From IMG/VR virus record IMGVR_UViG_3300044644_002048, positions 5,747 to 69,746 of that record: 64,000 bases of DNA. The stretch is one strand, 5' to 3'. Origin of the DNA: a virus. The position numbers were made by a program, and so were the translations under genes. The notes under the pieces were generated by a model. The model did not search any database and had not been told where the DNA came from. It was given only the letters and a program-made list of their open reading frames with translations. Positions 50,110-58,249 of this stretch are shown here, piece after piece. Each line of letters opens with the position of its first letter. Position 1 is the first letter of the stretch.

Positions 50110-50281
50110 TTTTTACTCCGTTGTAGGATCTCAGAAATCTGTTCGAGTTCTAGGGAACTTAAACCTTTTCTGTATTCATGATCAGAAACAAGCTGGGAAA
50201 ATTTACCTTCCTTAGTAATCTGCCCAACTATTTTGTTTTGTGTATCCACCACTAAAGTTTTCGTTTTATCTAAATAGAACA

Positions 50282-50623
50282 TTATTCCTCCACTATTTTT
50301 AATTCCCCAACAAAATTTGATACAACCTGATATGCACTACATCTCAACTTTTGACAACTACAATCAGTTGGTATAGATACCACATCAGCCGGATGAATCT
50401 TGCATATCATTATGTGATGATGTGATTTAACATATTCTAGGGTTCCCACATGGAATCCACTACCACAACCGTTATTCCTATTATCGTCAACCTTATTTCT
50501 TGGCATATGATTATGGTCGCCAATGTTATTTCTATATGAACGACTATGAGCATCAACGAAATCCCCATTTTTTAGGGGTCTTCCAAGAGCATCTAACTTG
50601 TCTGGCCCAGATCTGTTAATATG
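50282..50623 (-). pseudogene. C-terminal remnant of an rIIB-like gene
   Basis: FVDAHSRSYRNNIG..MPRNKVDDNRNNGCGSGFHVG..PADVVSIP..KLRC..YQVV; frame closed upstream by TAG; N-terminal part absent. Confidence 0.65.
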
Positions 50624-50681
50624 CTAAAATCTACTTGGGATCAAGAATCTTTCATACAAATTTGTAGAAATGTTGCAAAAA

Positions 50682-51131
50682 CTAATCCAGAGAATAAATA
50701 AACCATTTACCAAAATTAGTAAAAGGTTCTAGTATTTCTAGAACTATCTTTTTATTTGCTCCACCCAAATTGCAACCTATCCAAGGTAGACCTATATGTT
50801 TGCTAGAAAGATCAAAATCTCTAACAAAACATTCTAGGCTTCTTTTGAGGGCACCATACTCGAATCTTCTGTAGTTTGTACCATAGTCAAACTGAGTATA
50901 TAAGTTTACCACAGTAAGTCTATTATAAATTGTATGTGAATAGCCACCTATCCGTTCGGCTGGAGTTCTAACATCCTCAATATCTACCTTATAGGCTGAT
51001 GGCCAAGTAGATCTGATTAGTTTGGCTACTCCTGCCCCCATAGTAGAATAACAATTACATCCATGTAAAAGAAAATCTATCTCATTTGAGAGACCGGCTT
51101 TAATAAGATCGCCCTTCACTATCTCAATCAT
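50682..51131 (-). CDS. Macro domain protein (ADP-ribose hydrolase, T4 Tk.4-like)
   Basis: KGDL, HGCNCYSTMGAGVA, NLYTQ, PWIGCNLGG. Confidence 0.9.
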   Translation of the reverse strand: MIEIVKGDLIKAGLSNEIDFLLHGCNCYSTMGAGVAKLIRSTWPSAYKVDIEDVRTPAERIGGYSHTIYNRLTVVNLYTQFDYGTNYRRFEYGALKRSLECFVRDFDLSSKHIGLPWIGCNLGGANKKIVLEILEPFTNFGKWFIYSLD

Positions 51132-51293
51132 CTAATCTAATCCTAAATGCTACTGGTAGTACTAAAAACATAGCGATAATTCCTGTTATTGTAGATGCTC
51201 CATCGTCGAAACCAAAACTTTCTGCTATGTGACAATATCCATTACATACGCCAATCAAAAACATGTATATAATTACGAATCTACAAATCTCTT

Positions 51294-51518
51294 TCATATT
51301 AACTTTTTCCTTTTAAGGAGCGTTCTTATATTCTTATATTCCTTGTATACACAAACAAAAAAGGGCTCAGACCATAAGTCAGAACCCTTATCTTTATGCA
51401 TTTCTTCGTAATATTTTTCCCAATCACGAAGTTTTCTAATTGCTGCTTGTACTACATATTGGCTTGGGTCTTTGAATGAAAGTTCGTATTCGAGTTCTGA
51501 TATGAAGTCTCTAGCCAC
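51294..51518 (-). CDS. Hypothetical protein
   Basis: Small ORF. Confidence 0.45.
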   Translation of the reverse strand: MARDFISELEYELSFKDPSQYVVQAAIRKLRDWEKYYEEMHKDKGSDLWSEPFFVCVYKEYKNIRTLLKRKKLI

Positions 51519-51988
51519 TTTTTAAATTCCTCAATTGTAAAACAGAAGAAACCTTCTATATTTACCATCTTATCCAGATATACCATTATACATGTTTTAC
51601 CATATGGTTTTGGTACTTCTGAAAATTCTCCGTCTGTTATGACTATAAGTAGATCTGGTTTCATCTCGTAGTGGGAAACATGGTCTACCGCTTGTTTCGG
51701 GTAGATTCCACCTCCACCAAGACATCTTATACCACGACGAAGGGATTGATCAAGGGCTAATCCATAATAATCGGGAACTTTTTCGGTGATATCTGTTTTG
51801 GTGTAGTCATCACCACCAGACGCATAAATAGTCAGACTTTCACATCGTTCCTTTAGTTCAACAACCAAACTTATAGCAGAGTCAAGCATAGATTCTATAA
51901 ATAGCATAGAACATGATGAATCTACTATAAGTAAGGTTTCCCCACCAATTTTTGGTAAAGAAGCGAGATGTTGAATATCGTACATCAT
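51452..51988 (-). CDS. vWA-like domain protein
   Basis: IVDSSCSM, GGGG, IVITDG. Confidence 0.7.
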   Translation of the reverse strand: MMYDIQHLASLPKIGGETLLIVDSSCSMLFIESMLDSAISLVVELKERCESLTIYASGGDDYTKTDITEKVPDYYGLALDQSLRRGIRCLGGGGIYPKQAVDHVSHYEMKPDLLIVITDGEFSEVPKPYGKTCIMVYLDKMVNIEGFFCFTIEEFKKWLETSYQNSNTNFHSKTQANM

Positions 51989-52596
51989 CCGAAAATTCCC
52001 ATAGTTTGTTTTTCTGATGTGTCGTAGCTGTTCACTACGATCTCATTACGACTTGATTGACCTCTCATACGTGTAACTTTAGAGATTGTTGCATCGTACA
52101 TACCAGTGGTTTTTACTTTCTGGTCCACAGCATAAGCATCAGCAACAGTCTGCATGTCTGTTGCTAAACCAATATCTGTACACAGAAATGTAGTTTCAAA
52201 TCCAGAGTTCCTGATAGCATTAATAGCTTCAGTCTTCGTCGTAGAACCCTGATTATTTAAACCATCTGTAACAACAACAAAAATAACAAGGGGCTTTTTC
52301 TTCTTGTTCTTCTTGATCTTGTTTACATATGTGGTGGTTTCATTGACAGCCTGTACAATGGTATTATAAAGGCGGGTCATCCCTCTTGGAACAAGTGTGT
52401 AAGACTTATCCTTAATAGGTGTATTTCTATACACAACATTAATATCACTATCAAACTCATAAAGGGAAAGTGTACAATCTCCTAAGTTTGCGTCTGATTG
52501 AGATGCTAGAAATCGATTAATACCGTTTTCGGCTTCTCGCTTGATTGAATCCATACTTCCTGAACGATCAATTACCATACAAATGTGAGTGTTCAT
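51985..52596 (-). CDS. vWA domain protein
   Basis: MIDAS motif DRSGSM, PRGMTRLY, VVTDGLNN. Confidence 0.88.
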   Translation of the reverse strand: MNTHICMVIDRSGSMDSIKREAENGINRFLASQSDANLGDCTLSLYEFDSDINVVYRNTPIKDKSYTLVPRGMTRLYNTIVQAVNETTTYVNKIKKNKKKKPLVIFVVVTDGLNNQGSTTKTEAINAIRNSGFETTFLCTDIGLATDMQTVADAYAVDQKVKTTGMYDATISKVTRMRGQSSRNEIVVNSYDTSEKQTMGIFG

Positions 52597-52651
52597 ATTT
52601 TCCCCTTTAAGTGTTGTTAACCAAAACCTTCACTATATTATAGTCTGAAAA

Positions 52652-53113
52652 TCAGAATAATTCCTTAGCCGTATTCTCGAAAATGCGGATAAGTTGTGGG
52701 CTCATTTCAAAACGTTGTCCATTTATCTCAATAGACTTCAAAATGTTGCCGTCATTATGTCTCTCGCTCGCAGCCTTCCAATCCGCCAGCATTTCAACTA
52801 GGTCGAGGAGCGTCATATCGTCGATACCTCGCTTATGATGCTCTGGGTGATGTCGATTATTAGCGTAGTGATGATCTAACGCAGGCTTGATTGCTGCTAA
52901 ATACCCTTTATATTCATCACTACCATAAGTACATGTCGCCAACTTTGGAGTATATTCTGTAAAAGCTTCAACCTCTGGCGACTCAAGCTTGCTCTGATCG
53001 TGTTTTTCTCCCCTATCGAGAAGATTACGAATTACCAAATTAAGGTAGTTCCTAACCTTTTCGATATGACGCATTGTTACGTAGTTTGTAGCTTGTTGAT
53101 CAGGTGTTAGCAT
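52652..53113 (-). CDS. HD-like protein (DUF5662-type)
   Basis: HIEKV, HDQSK, HHYANNRHHPEH, EMLADW. Confidence 0.8.
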   Translation of the reverse strand: MLTPDQQATNYVTMRHIEKVRNYLNLVIRNLLDRGEKHDQSKLESPEVEAFTEYTPKLATCTYGSDEYKGYLAAIKPALDHHYANNRHHPEHHKRGIDDMTLLDLVEMLADWKAASERHNDGNILKSIEINGQRFEMSPQLIRIFENTAKELF

Positions 53114-53439
53114 TTATAGAAACCCTCTAGAACTTGTTTAAAAATTTCAGGATCGATTTGACAGTCGTCATCTTGGATTAATGGTTCTTGTCTATATCCC
53201 CTAACAATCTCTTGCGTAGCAAAGCATTTTGCATCATGTAACTCATAATGCTCATAATCATCTATTTTAAGAATTGTGGCTATAATCCACCCAAAGTCTG
53301 GATTGTAAACCATAAATCCAACATCATACGTATGACCTTTAATACATCTACATGTATCAATTATTTCCCCGCGAAGTGTAATATCTGGAGAATCTTGAAT
53401 ACATAAAATGCGATCTTTATTTTTGAATGGCGGATTCAT
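53107..53439 (-). CDS. Hypothetical protein
   Basis: ORF within the operon. Confidence 0.5.
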   Translation of the reverse strand: MNPPFKNKDRILCIQDSPDITLRGEIIDTCRCIKGHTYDVGFMVYNPDFGWIIATILKIDDYEHYELHDAKCFATQEIVRGYRQEPLIQDDDCQIDPEIFKQVLEGFYKC

Positions 53440-53650
53440 AATTTTTCCTATTTACAGACCACCTATTAGCATCAGCCAATCCAGTATCCAGTCTGCTTCG
53501 TAGAGTCTTATATACTCCACGTTCGTCTTTACAGAGAACTTCGTCTTCAGACAAGATATGCCCATCAAGATTTACGATCATATCAGTATGAGATCCGTAG
53601 GGCGATTTTCCAGTCCAAATTGTACCAACATCATGCTTGCTTTTTGCCAT
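53417..53650 (-). CDS. Hypothetical protein
   Basis: SPYGSH...DERG.Y.T..RLDTGLADANR. Confidence 0.6.
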   Translation of the reverse strand: MAKSKHDVGTIWTGKSPYGSHTDMIVNLDGHILSEDEVLCKDERGVYKTLRSRLDTGLADANRWSVNRKNYESAIQK

Positions 53651-54459
53651 TAGTCAACACCTTCTTCAGAATAAGACTGTAACGACGTATTTTCCAGAGC
53701 GAAATACCAACCCTTTAGGTTTAGGGAAACGTGTTGAGGATGACTGACGGATGGTGTTCTAAACACAGGAATGGGATTCCCACCATTTATATTAAGCGTG
53801 TCCTCAACTAGATAAGCTCGACTAAAACTTACCTTGTGTGGATTTGATGTAATTTTATCATTTCTACCTCTAAGAATGTAGCAACTATCGCTAATTTTTT
53901 CTTTGATGTAGTCTTTTGGATCATCTGTTTTAACGAAAAACCATTCGCCCTGACGATGAAAGTCCATATCTCTAATATATTCTGGAATAAGACACTCATA
54001 CGCATGTTCTATAGAATAAACAGTTTCTGGTAATAAAACTCCAAAATACTGATCATCATCTATTCCTAGTAAAATAGACTTACTTCCATAACCGAACAGA
54101 ACAGATGCTGGTTTATGCCAGTAATCTTTTGCTATTTTTGTAAATCCAAATCCCGGAGAGGTTTTAGAATGTGTTCTAATATCTGTGCTACTATCTCTCA
54201 GATGTAGATGAATCATAGAATCTAGATATTTTGTGTAATTATAATTAGGCTCTGAAGATCCTGACATGAATCTAGACAGGCATCTAAAAGAGATAGTTAT
54301 TGCATCGTCATCATCTGCGTATGTGTTTGCGTCCTGATCACCATTAAGAAATAATTTGTCATCAATAAAAGTAGCAGATGGTACTTTATGATTTCTCCTA
54401 TAGAAACAACCGTGTCTTTCTCGGCATGATCTCAAAAAACTAAAGGTATCGTAGTTCAT
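53650..54459 (-). CDS. Hypothetical protein
   Basis: AYECLIP, RQGEWFF, H...HPQH, terminal GVD. Confidence 0.7.
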   Translation of the reverse strand: MNYDTFSFLRSCRERHGCFYRRNHKVPSATFIDDKLFLNGDQDANTYADDDDAITISFRCLSRFMSGSSEPNYNYTKYLDSMIHLHLRDSSTDIRTHSKTSPGFGFTKIAKDYWHKPASVLFGYGSKSILLGIDDDQYFGVLLPETVYSIEHAYECLIPEYIRDMDFHRQGEWFFVKTDDPKDYIKEKISDSCYILRGRNDKITSNPHKVSFSRAYLVEDTLNINGGNPIPVFRTPSVSHPQHVSLNLKGWYFALENTSLQSYSEEGVD

Positions 54460-54508
54460 GTTAATTCTTTCTATGAAAAGTGATTATTAAATTCCTATGT
54501 AGGAATTA

Positions 54509-54578
54509 AGGGAAGTTTGGGAGTTGAACCCAACACTCGGGATTGAAGGCCCGATACTACACCTCGTAGTTACCTCCC
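54509..54578 (-). tRNA. Atypical tRNA with 8-nt anticodon loop CCUUCAAU (UUCA four-base or UCA opal anticodon)
   Basis: GGGAGGT-A-ACTAC/GAGGT/GTAGT-A-TCGGG/CCTTCAAT/CCCGA-GTG-TTGGG/TTCAACT/CCCAA-ACTTCCC-T. Confidence 0.8.
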
Positions 54579-54584
54579 GGCAGA

Positions 54585-54902
54585 CTATGTCTGCAACCAG
54601 TCCAACACTTCCTGCTGAGTTATTGACCTAGACCAACCACAGAACTTACATAGTTTACCACATAATTTCTTGATGTCAATAGGTTTTTTGGAAGTTTCCA
54701 CCCTTGATCTTGGCATTCCCTTTAGGAAGCCGAGGGCTAAATGGGCCAACCTCGCTTCTGGCTTAACGATCAAGGTTTTATGATTCCATAGCCTTGATTT
54801 TACCAGTGGATCTTTTGTTTTGGCCATCTCTTGGCGAATTATGGCAGCTTCTGCGGCCAAGCTTTTGATATTAATTCTTGCGACATGAATTTCAGTTTTC
54901 AT
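54585..54902 (-). CDS. Basic 105-aa protein apparently under leader-peptide control
   Basis: GAGGT SD; IKSLAAEAAIIR...EARLAHLALGFLKG. Confidence 0.75.
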   Translation of the reverse strand: MKTEIHVARINIKSLAAEAAIIRQEMAKTKDPLVKSRLWNHKTLIVKPEARLAHLALGFLKGMPRSRVETSKKPIDIKKLCGKLCKFCGWSRSITQQEVLDWLQT

Positions 54903-54906
54903 AATT

Positions 54907-54993
54907 ACCTCATAAAAGAAAAAGTATACATGGATGAACATAGTACTACTTTCTCTTTATGGTGGTCTGCATTCAGAACATGGCTCTGCTCCT
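54907..54993 (-). promoter_or_regulatory. Leader ORF and SD-sequestering hairpin (putative translational attenuator)
   Basis: AGGAG-7nt-ATG TTC TGAA TGC AGA CCA CCA TAA; ACCACCATAAAGAGAAAGTA pairs with TACTTTTTCTTTTATGAGGT. Confidence 0.7.
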
Positions 54994-55039
54994 AATCAAA
55001 TAGTTTTTAATAATACATACGCAATCTCGCGATTGCGAG

Positions 55040-55293
55040 TGGAACTTTCCGGGATCGAACCGGAGTCTTAACAACATCAATAATAGAGATGTACATGCTT
55101 CTCGGCTATGCCGAGGGTTTTAGCTTATATTACAGAACGTTCTGGATTTTGTTAATAAGGCATCCAGAGACCCCATCAGCTACGCTGCAACAGCAAAAGA
55201 TTTTGCGTTTATTTTTTTTAGCCATTATTTTGGAGTTGGCTAACTCCGCATGTATCTATTACATCAAATTATTAATCAAGTCCATTAAGTCCC
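55040..55293 (-). ncRNA. ssrA: tmRNA (compact, 254 nt); tag (A)AKSFAVAA
   Basis: Acceptor GGGACTT/AAGTTCC-A with G3-U70; T arm CCGG-TTCGATC-CCGG; PK1 GGAG/CTCC with TTAGCC/GGCTAA; tag ORF at 55206-55180. Confidence 0.9.
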
Positions 55294-57024
55294 AAAAAGG
55301 TTTATGAAAGTACTTTTATCAATCTTATTAACCGAAAGATCTAGTCCCCTATCTGGACTATCTACAATATTTGCACCAAGATGCTTAACTAAAGTCTTGA
55401 AATTTAATGGTGTTTCATACTGTTCGTACAGTGCCTGTAGACCATTAGAATTTCTTGATACTTTAGCCTGTCCACTGCCACAATTAATTAGGACAAATGA
55501 CTGTCCTTTTTCTTCTGGTAGAACAATACCAAAAATCATCTGATTTTGTACAGAGCAGGTTTTGATTTCAGCCATAACCTTATTAGGGTCCATCATATAA
55601 GGCTTAGAGATTTCATCACCAGATCCAACAACAATCTTATATCCAGTAGTGTCAGAGCCACGGAAGATATTAATATTGACTATTTTTGGACCGAATACAT
55701 TCTGGAAATGCAGATATTCAACAGCCCCATTCGGTGCATATGTTATATCTCCACTATAGATTACATCTTTTGTAGAGTATCTAGAGTTCCATCCAATCTT
55801 ATGGTTATTGATATCAGTACATGACAAGTCAATATCACGAGCACCCCAACTATTTTCCCAATATACTCCAATAGCTAATTTTTCACCATGGAATTTTGTT
55901 CCGGCAGGAATATTGCCGACAAACATCTTTTCAGACGTAGGTACAGCATATTCAACGCCTTCTGGAATGAAAATGTTCACACCAGACATATCCCATCGTT
56001 TTTTAGCATAATCCATGAGCATACTAAAATTCGAAGCAAGTAAATCAAGATTTGCAGAAGTATTTTCACCAACCCATGATTTTCCATTACGAATTCTATA
56101 ACAGAAAGAGGTCTGACCCTGCATTCTACTATGGATAGCTGCCAATGCCTTAAAGAAGGCAAATGGTGTAGCATTATCTAACCAGTGCAAATCCTTTTCG
56201 GACAGTCTTTTGTTAGTAACCTGATTCAGTGGATTAGATACTAAAGGCTTATGATTCACCTTAGAATATCTAGCAATGACATTAATAGTATGCGGACACT
56301 TTTTCTTGAATGCTAAAAATAGTGGCTTAAATCTATTGAAGATTTTGCCTAAGTTATCCACTCCATGCTTCTGGAATATAGAAGATGGGTCAAATTCACT
56401 AGACTTAATAGCCTGAATAGATGCCGCATTCTTAATAAGAAGAGATTTGCCCGTAGCCTTGTAGATACAATACCGGAATAGTTCGGTTGTATCGGCTGGC
56501 ATTATCCCGTGCAGATCGGCAATCTTAATTATTGCTTCTCTGTTCTTAATGTTTTCTTTACCAGTGAACTTATATCCGACTTCATCCAGTACGGATAGAA
56601 TGTCATCTATAGTTTCTTCTTTAAGGGCTACGCCACCAAGCATCGTCAGACACTTAGAGATGATTTCTTCTTTTGTCAATCCCCGAACTACTCTGAATGA
56701 GAGCTTTGCTTCAGGAATTTCCAAAATTTCGTCTGGAATATAGATTTCGCCTTCAAAATTTGTCCCGTATGTGGAACAGTAATGGCGAATCTGATCGGCA
56801 AGAAGTTCTGCCCGAGAAGAAGACTGAACTTTCTGAAAGCTCTTGTGGAAAGATTTGTTTAGATCATTACCACTTAACTTTTGGTCTCTATAGTATTTTA
56901 CTATGTGACTGTGTGCCCAGTCTGCTGAACTATCTATTACGAGACCAAATTCAAGGTCAACCGTATTAGATTTTGATTTTGGTGCTTTTGCGACAACAGC
57001 ATTGAACAAAGAAAGAGTCTTCAT
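55285..57024 (-). CDS. 579-aa protein: large helical N-terminal region and C-terminal TerD-like domain
   Basis: QIRHYCSTYG, IFNRFKPLFLAFK, RIRNGK, SEKMFVGNIP, GVYWEN..DIDLS..GWN..YSGDITYAPNGAVEY. Confidence 0.7.
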   Translation of the reverse strand: MKTLSLFNAVVAKAPKSKSNTVDLEFGLVIDSSADWAHSHIVKYYRDQKLSGNDLNKSFHKSFQKVQSSSRAELLADQIRHYCSTYGTNFEGEIYIPDEILEIPEAKLSFRVVRGLTKEEIISKCLTMLGGVALKEETIDDILSVLDEVGYKFTGKENIKNREAIIKIADLHGIMPADTTELFRYCIYKATGKSLLIKNAASIQAIKSSEFDPSSIFQKHGVDNLGKIFNRFKPLFLAFKKKCPHTINVIARYSKVNHKPLVSNPLNQVTNKRLSEKDLHWLDNATPFAFFKALAAIHSRMQGQTSFCYRIRNGKSWVGENTSANLDLLASNFSMLMDYAKKRWDMSGVNIFIPEGVEYAVPTSEKMFVGNIPAGTKFHGEKLAIGVYWENSWGARDIDLSCTDINNHKIGWNSRYSTKDVIYSGDITYAPNGAVEYLHFQNVFGPKIVNINIFRGSDTTGYKIVVGSGDEISKPYMMDPNKVMAEIKTCSVQNQMIFGIVLPEEKGQSFVLINCGSGQAKVSRNSNGLQALYEQYETPLNFKTLVKHLGANIVDSPDRGLDLSVNKIDKSTFINLFGT

Positions 57025-57036
57025 TTTAAGTCCTAA

Positions 57037-57207
57037 AAAACGGGGAGTAATTAAGTTGAATCCCCGAAGGGATGAATAGGAACTCCGTATGTTTTACAAC
57101 AAGAGCGAAAGGTAATTTACATTAAAAGTGTTTATAGGAACCTTTTGTGCTCATTTTCTTCATAGCGAGAGGTAATTTACCAAAAAATTATAGGAACCTC
57201 TTGTGCT
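57037..57207 (-). repeat. Three tandem covarying hairpin units (putative small-RNA array)
   Basis: Units at 57037-57095, 57103-57152 and 57164-57207; minus-strand core GTTCCTAT-variable-AATTAC. Confidence 0.85.
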
Positions 57208-57212
57208 TATGT

Positions 57213-57218
57213 ATTATA
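57213..57218 (-). promoter_or_regulatory. -10 box upstream of the hairpin array
   Basis: TATAAT 5 nt before the first unit. Confidence 0.55.
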
Positions 57219-57354
57219 GTAGGCTTTCAATAAATTTCTTGGCCATGCATCTTTTCTTCTTAGCCTTAAACTTCATCCACCTACATTCAGCACATTTTTT
57301 CTTTTTATGGCTGATGTATCTATCTCCACACCATTTACAAAGCTTTTTCATAAA

Positions 57355-57428
57355 TGCGATAGACAAGACTTGAACTTGCAACCTTTTGTTTGGAAAACAA
57401 ACACTCTAGCCAATTGAGTTACTATCGC
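57355..57428 (-). tRNA. tRNA-Gly(TCC)
   Basis: GCGATAG/CTATCGC acceptor; TTTGT-TTTCCAA-ACAAA; GTTCAAG. Confidence 0.9.
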
Positions 57429-57431
57429 AGA

Positions 57432-57599
57432 TTAAACTTGGATTTCTTTTATTTCCCTCATGAATACGTAATACTGACCAAAATTACTATCGCTCGATAC
57501 TGCTGTATGTGATATTAATTTCCAGCCATTAGAGCCAAGTTCATTTAACTGCTTGTCTGAAAGTTTCCACTGAAAAGATACATATTCATACTTTTGCAT
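57432..57599 (-). CDS. DUF4177-like small protein
   Basis: Translated by hand: MQKYEYV..LNELGSNGWKLIS..YVFMRE. Confidence 0.65.
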   Translation of the reverse strand: MQKYEYVSFQWKLSDKQLNELGSNGWKLISHTAVSSDSNFGQYYVFMREIKEIQV

Positions 57600-58094
57600 T
57601 TATGGTTTCCATATTCTTACCGTATATCCAGCTTTTTCAAAACATTCTTTTTGGTACTCATATGTTGCATCAGTATTACAAGTAATACATGATTCCATGC
57701 AGTAATTAAATCCTTTGGGCTGAATAGGTGTACATCCAAATTCATCTACGAAATCATCGAATTCCTCATCTGACATATTGTCTGGCTTGTCCCACTCCCA
57801 CCCATCGGGACAATGCCCATGTTCGTCAAAGTATTTGATTGGTGCAACCCACCAGTAATCACTTTCTTTATCGTACAGGGCATACCATCCATCACCCCAG
57901 ATTTCAGGGACTTGCTGGACCGTTGGTTTCGCAAGATCTTCCTTGATTCGGCTGATTAAGTCGATTATATCAGAGACTCTTACATAGTCAAGATCTTCTC
58001 GAAAAGTTTCTCTAGTTTTTCCCCATCTTTGATCGAAATAAACGCCGACCTTTTCGAGCGATTCTAATTCAGAGACAATTTCTTCGGGAGTCAT
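57600..58094 (-). CDS. Hypothetical protein
   Basis: Acidic; C-terminal GFNYCMESC. Confidence 0.6.
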   Translation of the reverse strand: MTPEEIVSELESLEKVGVYFDQRWGKTRETFREDLDYVRVSDIIDLISRIKEDLAKPTVQQVPEIWGDGWYALYDKESDYWWVAPIKYFDEHGHCPDGWEWDKPDNMSDEEFDDFVDEFGCTPIQPKGFNYCMESCITCNTDATYEYQKECFEKAGYTVRIWKP

Positions 58095-58117
58095 CGTTTT
58101 AACCAATAAAAATGAAG

Positions 58118-58203
58118 CGGAAGAGAAGGGAATCCCACCCTTGAGGCGTTTTACCGCCCAGCCGTTTTCAAGACGGTGTCCTCGTGTATGCCGGACCTCT
58201 TCC
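58118..58203 (-). tRNA. tRNA-Ser(TGA) with an atypical T-loop
   Basis: GGAAGAG/CTCTTCC-G; CCGT-CTTGAAA-ACGG; long variable arm GGCG-GTAAAA-CGCC; T-loop TGGGATT. Confidence 0.8.
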
Positions 58204-58249
58204 GAAAAAGAGATGTTCGAATCATTAAAGCGTATATAGTTGTGAGCCT

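Noticed and set aside
54509-54578. Selenocysteine tRNA or genome-wide UGA recoding
   Set aside because: It lacks the long variable arm and 8-bp acceptor of tRNA-Sec. Many genes here end in TGA at tight gene junctions, and I saw no conserved gene broken by an in-frame TGA.
55089-55307. 72-aa plus-strand ORF
   Set aside because: Antisense to the tmRNA.
57037-57207. CRISPR array
   Set aside because: Units are not identical direct repeats. Each folds on itself with covarying stems, the variable parts are short and unequal, and no cas genes are present. Reported as an RNA array instead.
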